Assembly (NCBI GenBank): GCA_014727915.1
Contig: WJMO01000006.1
Span: 192,001-256,000, forward strand
Source of the DNA: Candidatus Altiarchaeales archaeon
GTDB lineage: Archaea > Altiarchaeota > Altiarchaeia > IMC4 > SCGC-AAA252-I15
Direction of reading: 5' to 3'
DNA length: 64,000 nt
Position numbers and translations under genes: made by a program. Positions within the stretch are counted from its first letter, which is position 1, and each line of letters opens with the position of its first letter. Positions 9,980 through 17,913 of the stretch are shown here, piece by piece. The notes beneath the pieces are model-generated. The model was not told the DNA's origin. It saw only the letters and a program-made list of their open reading frames with translations, and ran no database searches.

Positions 9980-10064
9980 GTGTGTTTTTTTATTGTTTTT
10001 CTCCTTAATGTGCGTGGCACCGTATGGTGGCACCCGCGGAGCGTGTGCACGGAGCTAGCCGTGT

Positions 10065-10093
10065 AGTCTGAGCCACTGAGGCGTGTGTTTTTT
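10065..10093 (-). repeat. 29-bp duplicate of the tRNA-Thr 5' end (nt 1-18 plus 11 upstream nt)
   Basis: agtctgagccactgaggcgtgtgtttttt is identical at 9962-9990 and 10065-10093. Confidence 0.95.
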
Positions 10094-10185
10094 GGATGTC
10101 TAATATTTAGGGTGATTTTGGAATATAAGTGCTATTTTGGTTTTTACGGTTTTTTGGTAGGGTTTTGGGTGTCCTTGCCCCAGTA

Positions 10186-11187
10186 TTATCGCTGGTGTAG
10201 CAGGTATTCCCGCAGGATTTGGTCGTGTGCGAATTTGGGCTTGAGCATGTGGTTCATCATTATGTTGGTTTCCAGGGGTATTGAGCTGTAGCAGGTTGAG
10301 CATTTGAAGTCGGGGATTGAGTGGAATGATTGGGCTCCGTTTTTACCTGCGTTGCAGTCCTCCCGTCCGGCACATGATGCTAGGGTGTCGCAGCAGGGTG
10401 CAACATGGCCGGAGGGGTCTATCGCGCAGGATATGCGGCCGGCCCAGCATTTCTCCGCTGGCATCTTGTCGGGCCAGCAGTCTCTCATATGCTCCAGGTA
10501 TTTAGTTGATGATGCGACCGGCCGTACCTGCTTCTTAGCGTTTATCAATTGGGTGGTTGCTTCCCTCATCTGATCTGGTGTTGGGAAGTACATCTTTGAT
10601 TTGCCTTCAGTATCTTCTTTTTGCACCCGTATTGGCTGGAAGAAGACGCGGGTGCCATATGCTTCGGCGAATCCTAGCACATCATCCAATACGTTGATGT
10701 TGTGTTTTCCTATCACAGTCATTATGTTGTTCTGTATGTTGTTTGAGTCTAAAGCGTCCATTCCTTCAATTATCTTGTCGAAGCTTCCGGGTCTTGATTC
10801 CTCCTGGATCTTTCTGGGTCCGTCCAGGCTTATGGTGACCATGTCAATGTCTCGTAGGTCGTTTATGCGTTCTGCCACGAGGGTGCCGTTGGTGGCCAGT
10901 GACGTGATGAACCCCAGTTTACGGCCGTATGTTATGAGTTCTCCTAGGTCGTCCCTCATGAGCGCTTCTCCGCCGTTGAAGCTCCAAAAACGAGTGCCAG
11001 CTTCTCGGAAGGACTTCATCAAATCCATGACATCCTGTGTGCCGAGTTCGTTTGTGTCATAGTGTCTTGAGCAGTAGCTGCAGTCGAGGTTGCAATTGTA
11101 GGTTATCATATGGGTCACGCGCAACGGTATCTTGGAACCTGCTTTTACTTTCAGGACAGAGGGTATCGAAAGTGCGGTTTTGATCAT
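10186..11187 (-). CDS. Radical SAM protein with a C-terminal SPASM/twitch-like Cys cluster
   Basis: CNLDCSYC, GGEAL, TNG, ISLDG, CWAG...IDPSGHVAPCC. Confidence 0.9.
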   Translation of the reverse strand: MIKTALSIPSVLKVKAGSKIPLRVTHMITYNCNLDCSYCSRHYDTNELGTQDVMDLMKSFREAGTRFWSFNGGEALMRDDLGELITYGRKLGFITSLATNGTLVAERINDLRDIDMVTISLDGPRKIQEESRPGSFDKIIEGMDALDSNNIQNNIMTVIGKHNINVLDDVLGFAEAYGTRVFFQPIRVQKEDTEGKSKMYFPTPDQMREATTQLINAKKQVRPVASSTKYLEHMRDCWPDKMPAEKCWAGRISCAIDPSGHVAPCCDTLASCAGREDCNAGKNGAQSFHSIPDFKCSTCYSSIPLETNIMMNHMLKPKFAHDQILREYLLHQR

Positions 11188-12629
11188 TCATATCCCCCGT
11201 CAGGGAGCTTCGACTTGACTTCGAGGAGGTCGGGGTCCTGGAGCCTGTCGTAGAGGATGCTGTGTTCCTGTCTGCCCTGGACTATCTCGGAGGCTTGGAA
11301 GCCCATGAGCATGGCGTCATCCATGAAGATGTAGTCGAAGAGGCCCTGGCGCCCGCATGATATGAGATTCCCGTACTTTTTGAGGTGTTCGAGGAGGCCG
11401 TCCCTGTTCTGCCGGTAGGTCATAGAGTAGACGGGGTAGGATTGGATGGCGTCTGTGGTGTAGTAGTCGACGACATTATCCTCCAGGTCCAAGCCCATGT
11501 CCTTCAAGTCCACCATGCAACGTTCGAACAGCTTCTTATCGTCCATGGTCCATGTTTCATCGCCGACCGTGCAGGGTATCTCCAGCATCACGGACGTCTT
11601 ACCCTCGGGAGCGCTGTATCTGCTTCGCCTCTTCGGCTCCTGCAACCGGGTGGCCGCGTAGCCGCCGTCCTGGAGGTACCACCAGGTGTTGTCGCTGATG
11701 TCTTCGATACCGTCCAATGGTATGTTCATGAACCTTAGGGAGCGCAGCTTCAGGTCGTCGGCCATGGCCAGCACCTCCGCTGCCGGCTTGGGATGCATCA
11801 TCTTCACAAGATCGGGTAGTAGCAGTGTTGATATCAGCTTCTCGCATTCTATTTTTTTCTTCACCCCGTCGAGTTCATACTCCACGGAGGTGACGGTGTC
11901 ACCTTCCAGGTTCACCGCCGTTACCCTGGCGTTGTAGACTATCATGCCCCCCAGACGTTCGACTTCGGCGGCGAGCACGCGGAACATCTGCCCTATTCCC
12001 TCACGGGGGTAGAAGTATTTGAGCGCGTAGGTGCGGGGCTTGGACTTCCGCAACCCCAACACCCGCAGTATGACGTCGGATAGGTTCAAGAGCGATATCC
12101 TCTGGGACGCCCACTCGCTGGATATCTCCCTTGGGCTGACACCCCAGAGCTTCGTGGAATATGGTTCGAAGAATATCTGGTAGAGCCTCCGCCCGTACCT
12201 GTTGACCAGCCACTCCTCGAAGTTATCGTCGGGTTGGGGGTTCAACCGGTTCAACAGCCGGGACTTCACATAGCTGAGGAAGCAGGCGGAAGACAGGAGG
12301 GGGTTCATGTTCACTAGGAGGTCGCGGGCGTTCAACGGGTACTTGTAGTTCTTGCCCTGGAAGCGGATAACGCTCTTCCGGGTTGAGACCAGCAATTCCG
12401 AGCCCATGAGCTTCTGCACGCGGTCGATGAGCCCCTGGTCCCTGCTTATGAAGCGGTGGCCGCCCAGGTCGAACCTGTAATCGCCACGCTCTGAAGTCCG
12501 GCACAAACCCCCGGGCTCGCCGAGCACCTCCAGCACGGTCACCTTGTAGCCCTTCTCCAGCAGGTCCCACGCAGCGGACAAACCGCAGGAACCAGCCCCT
12601 AAGACCAGCACATCCCCTCTACCGTTCAT
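11184..12629 (-). CDS. FAD-dependent oxidoreductase (protoporphyrinogen oxidase/UDP-galactopyranose mutase-like)
   Basis: GAGSCGLSAA dinucleotide-binding motif, GGLCRT, FDLGGHRF, GRQGLFDY-x-x-MD. Confidence 0.85.
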   Translation of the reverse strand: MNGRGDVLVLGAGSCGLSAAWDLLEKGYKVTVLEVLGEPGGLCRTSERGDYRFDLGGHRFISRDQGLIDRVQKLMGSELLVSTRKSVIRFQGKNYKYPLNARDLLVNMNPLLSSACFLSYVKSRLLNRLNPQPDDNFEEWLVNRYGRRLYQIFFEPYSTKLWGVSPREISSEWASQRISLLNLSDVILRVLGLRKSKPRTYALKYFYPREGIGQMFRVLAAEVERLGGMIVYNARVTAVNLEGDTVTSVEYELDGVKKKIECEKLISTLLLPDLVKMMHPKPAAEVLAMADDLKLRSLRFMNIPLDGIEDISDNTWWYLQDGGYAATRLQEPKRRSRYSAPEGKTSVMLEIPCTVGDETWTMDDKKLFERCMVDLKDMGLDLEDNVVDYYTTDAIQSYPVYSMTYRQNRDGLLEHLKKYGNLISCGRQGLFDYIFMDDAMLMGFQASEIVQGRQEHSILYDRLQDPDLLEVKSKLPDGGYE

Positions 12630-12657
12630 CTAAGGGATTAAGAAAACAGCATATAAA

Positions 12658-15624
12658 TTATACTACGACTTCTTTGGTTATCCAGACTCTTAGGCTGTTG
12701 CTGTCTATGTCTATGACGCCGAATTTGACCTCCCAGTATTCGGCGTTCTCCCAGAAGCTGACTTTGAACCTCTGGCTCTTGTCGTAGGGGTCCCATATGC
12801 GCACCCATGCGCCGTTGTAGCACTGGCGGTCCCAGACTATGCGGTCGAGTTTCAGCTTGAAAGACTGGTATTCTATTACATCCGTTGCGGTGAGGTTGAG
12901 TATGTCGTATTGTGGGGGCTTGGATGCGCAGGTCTTGCAGGGTCCGCCGCAGTCTATGCCGAGTTCTCCCTGGTTCTGGATGCAGTCGTAGCAGTTGCCC
13001 TGCCCTGGCAGGCCTCCCATGCAGTCGTCCTGTCCTTCGATGCACACCTCCCACTGGTCGCATACCTCGATAACCTCCACGGTATCCTTTACAGTGCAGT
13101 TGGCGGTGTACTCCCCCGGGTTCTCGCATATGTTCCGGGTGCAGTTCAGGGAGGGGTTGTTGGCGTGGTTGCAGTATGGTGCGCCGCACACGTCCACGCC
13201 GCAGTCCTCGTTCACCAGGCACATTGTGTCGTTTTCGTCGCATGGGGGGCAGGGTCCGCCGCAGTCCATCCACACCTCCCCCCTCTCATAGTCCCTAACG
13301 TCGTTTCGGCAGTGGTCTGGGTAGCATTCTCCAGCGTAGCAGTATTCGCTGTCCTCGCATGTTTTCACGAGGCGTGGGTTTACGGCCACTGACTTGCAGT
13401 ATGAGTCGGGAGTGCCGGGGTGTATGCAGGTGAACTTGACGTCTGGTGTTTTGACGAACCGGTCGTCGCAGAATGGCCGGTATGGTATGGGCTCCTCGCA
13501 CATGCTGGTGTTGTAGCATCTGACCTCCAATGTGGTGGTCGTGGTCGGGTTGGTGGGCAATGTCAGGGGCGGGAGGGTCGACTGGGTTGTCACTGTGGGT
13601 TTCAGCGTGGTTGTGGTCGGGCACATGCTCCTCTCCATGACCCATTTGCCGTCGTAGCACTGGTATAGGACTGCGGGCTTTGTGAATGACGCGAGTGCAG
13701 AGCTGACGTGGCCTTCCACGTAGGGGTACGCGAATAGTATGACCACCCCCCCGACCGCGATGAGTATGATGAAAACTACGCCTGCCATTACGAGCTTCAT
13801 AACAGGGGATTTTCCCCCGGGTTCTGTTTCTTCCGCAGGGGAGGGGAAGTCTTCCTTGTCTTTCTCGGTCTCCTCCAACGGTTCTAGGGTTGGCTTGGTT
13901 TTCTTCTTTTTCCCGAAGAACTGCTCCCTCAGGCCGCCCTCCTTCTTCGGTTTTGGCTGGGTGGGTGATTGCTCGCCCCCTGCAGGCGACCAGGTTATCT
14001 CCGATCCGCCAGCGGGTTCCCCCCCGGGAGGGCTTGTTCGGCCACCGGGCTTGGAGGGGGTTCCATCCGCTGTCCTGGGAGGGGATGGCTCTTCTTTGGA
14101 TGTTCCGGCATCAGCAGCATCCGACTCCCCTGTGGGGGGTGCCTTTGCCTGGGTGGTGGGAGCATGAGCTGGGGGGATGGGAGTCGGTGGAGTGGGAGGA
14201 ACTGCAGATTTTGCAGCCGGTGAAGGAGCCGGCGGTCTCTCCGGTGATTGGGCAACTGGGGGCTTACCAGCAGGCGAGGATTCAATAGGCTGCTTTTCAG
14301 GGGGGTATGGTGTGGCTGGCTTGAAGGTGGGGGGCTTTTGGATGTTGTCTGGCTTCACGCCTCGCATGTGAGGCGCTGTCATGTCTGTGGGGGAGGTTGA
14401 TGACGGGCCTGCAGTAGTAGGGGTGGATGGGGTTTTTGTGGGCGTTGTGGCGGGCCTTGGAGGTGTAGCAGGCTGCTGTTCCTGAACGGGTACAGGAGTC
14501 CTAGCGGCAGGCGAAGGCGGTGGTTGCCTTTCAGAGGAGGGAGGAGTAACCGGTTGGGGTGTTTTCTGAACCTGGGGTTGCGGTGGTGTAACAGGTTTTT
14601 GAGTTTGAGCCTGGGTTGATGGCGGCACATCGGTTTTTTGGAGTGTAGGCTGGGGACGAGCAGATTCAGAGGGCTTTTGAACTGGAGGAGTTGGAGGCCT
14701 GGCAGGAGGTGACTGTGGCTTTTCAGGGGTGGAATCCGAAGTTCCGGGGGTTTTAGGTGTTTGAGGGGGTGTACTTTCTGGTGTTCTGAATCCGGGGGGT
14801 TGATATGTTTCGGGAACGGGGTTGGGCTTTGTTTTTTCAGCTGTCCCTGCCGGAGGCTGGGCGGTAGTTGAGGGTTTATCAGGGGCTGCTGGCGCAGTCT
14901 GCTTAGCAGCCGGTGAAGTGGGTGCGGGCGGCTTCTGAGCCTCTGGCGTTTGAGTAGCAGGCTGCCTGGCCGGCGTCTGCGGTGCCTTGGCTGTTGTTTT
15001 AGGCTCTTCACGGCGGGGAAACCCCGGCCTTGAAGGCTTAGATAGGGGCGTCTCAGCTTGTTTCTGAACCGGGGAGACAGGTTCTAACCCGGCAGTCTTC
15101 TGAGCCGGCGAGGCTGGAGGCCTGGCAGGGGGCGTAGTAGACCTGGCAGATGTGGGTTGATCTGGCTCTTCTTGAGTAGACGAGGGCGGAACCGGCTTCT
15201 CAGGCACTGTAGGAGTCTGAGGCTTAGCGGCTGGTGAGGTAGTAGCTGTTACTGGAGGCTTCTGAGCCTGAGGTTGTGTGGGCGCTGCCGGTTTTTGAGT
15301 TTGAGTTCCGGGCGGGGTGGGAGTAGGTGGTTGGACCGGCTTCTGAGCTGGGGGAGTAGCAGGAGCCGAAGGCACAGTCGGCTTCTGAACTGGAGGAGCA
15401 GAGGGACTAGCGGGTGCAGAGGGCGAAGGTGGTTTCTGGGCTTGCGGAGCGGGGGTAGAGGGTGTTTTTTCCGGGGTTGTGGGTGTTGGGTGATCGGTCT
15501 TCTCCGCCTCGGCATCCTGTTGGATCTTATGGCGCTCCCGTTCTTTTCTCAGTTCCTCCTTAAGCTTGTCGAGTTCGGCCTGGTCTATGTCTTCAGAGCC
15601 ATCGTCATCGGGCATGGTAAACAA
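12658..15624 (-). CDS. Single-pass membrane protein with a ~600-aa Pro/Thr/Gln-rich N-terminus and a Cys-rich C-terminal domain
   Basis: 988 aa, TM LVMAGVVFIILIAVGGVVILFAY, two GE-x-x-x-DCGGPC motifs. Confidence 0.8.
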   Translation of the reverse strand: MFTMPDDDGSEDIDQAELDKLKEELRKERERHKIQQDAEAEKTDHPTPTTPEKTPSTPAPQAQKPPSPSAPASPSAPPVQKPTVPSAPATPPAQKPVQPPTPTPPGTQTQKPAAPTQPQAQKPPVTATTSPAAKPQTPTVPEKPVPPSSTQEEPDQPTSARSTTPPARPPASPAQKTAGLEPVSPVQKQAETPLSKPSRPGFPRREEPKTTAKAPQTPARQPATQTPEAQKPPAPTSPAAKQTAPAAPDKPSTTAQPPAGTAEKTKPNPVPETYQPPGFRTPESTPPQTPKTPGTSDSTPEKPQSPPARPPTPPVQKPSESARPQPTLQKTDVPPSTQAQTQKPVTPPQPQVQKTPQPVTPPSSERQPPPSPAARTPVPVQEQQPATPPRPATTPTKTPSTPTTAGPSSTSPTDMTAPHMRGVKPDNIQKPPTFKPATPYPPEKQPIESSPAGKPPVAQSPERPPAPSPAAKSAVPPTPPTPIPPAHAPTTQAKAPPTGESDAADAGTSKEEPSPPRTADGTPSKPGGRTSPPGGEPAGGSEITWSPAGGEQSPTQPKPKKEGGLREQFFGKKKKTKPTLEPLEETEKDKEDFPSPAEETEPGGKSPVMKLVMAGVVFIILIAVGGVVILFAYPYVEGHVSSALASFTKPAVLYQCYDGKWVMERSMCPTTTTLKPTVTTQSTLPPLTLPTNPTTTTTLEVRCYNTSMCEEPIPYRPFCDDRFVKTPDVKFTCIHPGTPDSYCKSVAVNPRLVKTCEDSEYCYAGECYPDHCRNDVRDYERGEVWMDCGGPCPPCDENDTMCLVNEDCGVDVCGAPYCNHANNPSLNCTRNICENPGEYTANCTVKDTVEVIEVCDQWEVCIEGQDDCMGGLPGQGNCYDCIQNQGELGIDCGGPCKTCASKPPQYDILNLTATDVIEYQSFKLKLDRIVWDRQCYNGAWVRIWDPYDKSQRFKVSFWENAEYWEVKFGVIDIDSNSLRVWITKEVVV

Positions 15625-15675
15625 TGAGAATAAAAACTAAAAAGCCGTTTTAACAGCATGGTTTGAATACATACC

Positions 15676-16113
15676 ATGGACGAGCACATGACCACGGCGT
15701 GGGAGGAGGCTAAGAGGGGTTTGGAAGAGGGCGGGATACCCATAGGGAGCGTTCTGGTAGTCGGCGGCCGGGTAGTCGGCAGAGGCCATAACAGGAGAGT
15801 CCAGGGGGATAGCAGCGTGCTGCACGCGGAGATGGACTGCCTCGAAAACGCCGGACGGCTAACATCCAAGGACTACGGCAGGTCAGTCCTCTACTCAACC
15901 CTAAGCCCGTGTGACATGTGCGCCGGCGCAGTCCTACTATACAAGATACCCAAAGTCGTGGTCGGCGAGAACGTGAACTTCAAAGGAGCCGAAGAACACA
16001 TGCGAAAACGAGGGGTTGAAGTCGAAGTGTTGAACCACCCGGCTATCATAGAATTCTTCAGGAACTGGGTAGATGAAAACCCGGAACTCTGGAACGAAGA
16101 CATCGGCGAATAA
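15676..16113 (+). CDS. Cytosine/nucleoside deaminase (zinc-dependent CDA fold)
   Basis: PIGSVL, HAE, LSPCDMC, terminal WNEDIGE as in yeast-type cytosine deaminases. Confidence 0.9.
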   Translation: MDEHMTTAWEEAKRGLEEGGIPIGSVLVVGGRVVGRGHNRRVQGDSSVLHAEMDCLENAGRLTSKDYGRSVLYSTLSPCDMCAGAVLLYKIPKVVVGENVNFKGAEEHMRKRGVEVEVLNHPAIIEFFRNWVDENPELWNEDIGE

Positions 16114-16115
16114 GG

Positions 16116-16343
16116 TTAGTAACGATTGGCTAGATATGTGTAGATTACTACGAGCAATATTGGTCCAGCAAGTGAGAATAGTCCATAGTGGACAATTGAT
16201 TCTAAGGGACAACTAGACTTGTCGGAAAGACTAGAACAGTAAACAATAAATCCTCCTGCGACACCACCTATTATTGCCAGATACCAAGCAACTAAGATAT
16301 GGAAAATATCTTTGGTAGATAATTTCTCTAATTTAAGGTCCAT
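16116..16343 (-). CDS. Small two-TM membrane protein
   Basis: AT-rich 75-aa ORF from ATG 16343 with two hydrophobic segments. Confidence 0.5.
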   Translation of the reverse strand: MDLKLEKLSTKDIFHILVAWYLAIIGGVAGGFIVYCSSLSDKSSCPLESIVHYGLFSLAGPILLVVIYTYLANRY

Positions 16344-16469
16344 TTTGTAGTGGACTCTGGGGGATTGTAAATCCCCCTTCCGCTTCGCGTGTGAACCCGA
16401 AGCAAGCAAAGCTTGCTAGGGTTGCTTGAACAGCATAACTGTTCATCGCAACGGAGCGAGCCGTTCGTT

Positions 16470-16592
16470 TGGGGCCGCCGAGATTCGAACTCAGGTCGCC
16501 AGCTCTCCGTTTCACAGCAGGGAAAATTAATGGGTTCCCCTTGCTTGACGAAGCCCCGAGCTGGAAGTATGGCCAAGCTAACCCACGGCCCC
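16470..16592 (-). tRNA. tRNA-Pro with a 49-nt anticodon-loop intron (about 16505-16553); anticodon GGG (CGG in an alternative register)
   Basis: GGGGCCG/CGGCCCC-A acceptor, CCAGC/GCTGG stem, GAGTTCGAATCTC T arm; the intron folds into a hairpin but the BHB is imperfect. Confidence 0.85.
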
Positions 16593-16645
16593 AAAATGGA
16601 CTGGATACTTTAGGATTTACTCGTTTATATAGGTTCTGGGTGGGT

Positions 16646-17206
16646 TCATGCGTCAAGTTCCTTTATCTGGTAGCATCTGCCCTCCGGTTCATACAGGCAG
16701 AGGTCGCTGTCCGCCGCGACCAACGCAGCAGCGGCTAGTTTCAGGTTCTTGGATATCAACGCGGTTATGAGGTTGTCGGGTATGGCCTGGGTCACCCAGG
16801 CGTATCCCCTGGCTTTTTCCCCAGCATCCCAGTATTCACGGTATCCGCTCAAAAGCTTAACATCCTCTGAAAGGACGTAGACTATCCCGTTATCGCTGAA
16901 GTTCCCCGCGTATTTGACCGCTGCGTTCTTGCGTGATAGGTTAGTGGACAGTGTCATGCTCGAGTCCCTGCAGCTGAGACCCATGCAGACCTGCCATTCA
17001 TTGTCTATCTCGTTGCCGTCAGCCTGATGCGGTGCCAGGCCATATTTCAATATGGCAACGTGGTCGCCTTCGCTCCCGTGCATTATCATACCCGGCCGGT
17101 CGATGTCGATTTCCGGGTCGTCAACGGATTCGATGGCATAGAGGGTCTTGGACAGGCCGAAACGTCCCCGGTATTCTGAAAGGTCGATGACGTCAATAGA
17201 CACCAT
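16646..17206 (-). CDS. Hypothetical protein with ADP-ribosyltransferase/Tpt1-like fold motifs
   Basis: Start moved to ATG 17206 because the track's start overlaps tRNA-Ala; MHGS...ILKYGL, LST, AVKYA, IVYVL, IP-x-x-LI. Confidence 0.55.
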   Translation of the reverse strand: MVSIDVIDLSEYRGRFGLSKTLYAIESVDDPEIDIDRPGMIMHGSEGDHVAILKYGLAPHQADGNEIDNEWQVCMGLSCRDSSMTLSTNLSRKNAAVKYAGNFSDNGIVYVLSEDVKLLSGYREYWDAGEKARGYAWVTQAIPDNLITALISKNLKLAAAALVAADSDLCLYEPEGRCYQIKELDA

Positions 17207-17247
17207 AGTGATAGTATTGGAGCAGAAGCAGAAATAAAAAAAAGATT

Positions 17248-17349
17248 TGGACTCGTCGGGATTTGAACCCGAGGCCTCCGCCACACTGGAAAACCCTGCT
17301 TTTTGGTTTTTTGCCAAGGCGACGATCTACCGGACTGATCTACGAGCCC
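17248..17349 (-). tRNA. tRNA-Ala(GGC) with a 28-nt intron at 37/38
   Basis: GGGCTCG/CGAGTCC-A acceptor with G3:U70; canonical BHB with TTGG/CCAG central helix, 3-nt bulges and AAAACC/GGTTTT intron helix. Confidence 0.95.
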
Positions 17350-17435
17350 ATGTCTGGAATATGTGATTATAAGTATATTATTTCTTTGGGGGGTGAGGCA
17401 CCTTTTCTTTCACCAAAAGAAGGGGGGGTCAAGGG

Positions 17436-17456
17436 CTGATCTACGAGCCCATGTCT
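17436..17456 (-). repeat. 21-bp duplicate of the tRNA-Ala 5' end (nt 1-15 plus 6 upstream nt)
   Basis: ctgatctacgagcccatgtct is identical at 17335-17355 and 17436-17456. Confidence 0.95.
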
Positions 17457-17555
17457 ACAAATTACTGCACCAACGGTTAAATAACAGCAAACACAAAATA
17501 TTTGGGTTATTTTACGTATAATTTAAAGATTTTTTTGTATTATTTAAAAAGTGGT

Positions 17556-17639
17556 CGCAGAGGTCGGGATTTGAACCCGAGCTCCCGAAGGAACAGGATT
17601 AGCAGTCCTGCGCGTTAAACCATGCTCCGCCACCTCTGC
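17556..17639 (-). tRNA. tRNA-Ser(GCT), no intron
   Basis: GCAGAGG/CCTCTGC-G acceptor, CAGGA-CTGCTAA-TCCTG anticodon arm, long variable arm. Confidence 0.97.
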
Positions 17640-17654
17640 AAGATGATAGTTTCC

Positions 17655-17831
17655 TTATTGTATCTGTTCTGCTTCGTCCACCAGCATTATCGGTATGTTG
17701 TCTTCTACCTTGTATTTGAGCTTGCATTTGTGGCATGTGAGGCTCTCCTCTTTCTCCGAGTCCTTGTATTCGAGGTCACCCTTGCATTTGGGGCATGCCA
17801 GGATGTCCAAAAGCTTCTTGTCGAGTGTCAT
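17655..17831 (-). CDS. Trm112 family methyltransferase activator (58 aa)
   Basis: Below the track's length cut-off; MTLDKKLLDILACPKCKGDL...LTCHKC...YKVEDNIPIMLVDEA. Confidence 0.9.
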   Translation of the reverse strand: MTLDKKLLDILACPKCKGDLEYKDSEKEESLTCHKCKLKYKVEDNIPIMLVDEAEQIQ

Positions 17832-17913
17832 ATTCAGCTATAAGAGAGGAAATATTTGAATAAAAATGGTTTTTAAGGTTTGTTCTGGTAATATGGTAGG
17901 TGTCATGTGAGGG

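Noticed and set aside
9962-10093. Split or permuted tRNA explanation for the 5' fragments
   Set aside because: Each downstream gene is already complete, and no complementary leader or BHB partner was found for the 12-18-nt fragments
14200-15500. Short recurring DNA motifs such as ggcttctgagc
   Set aside because: They reflect repeated AQKP peptides in a low-complexity coding region, not an independent DNA repeat
17622-17843. Plus-strand 73-aa ORF
   Set aside because: Overlaps tRNA-Ser and is antisense to a clear Trm112 gene
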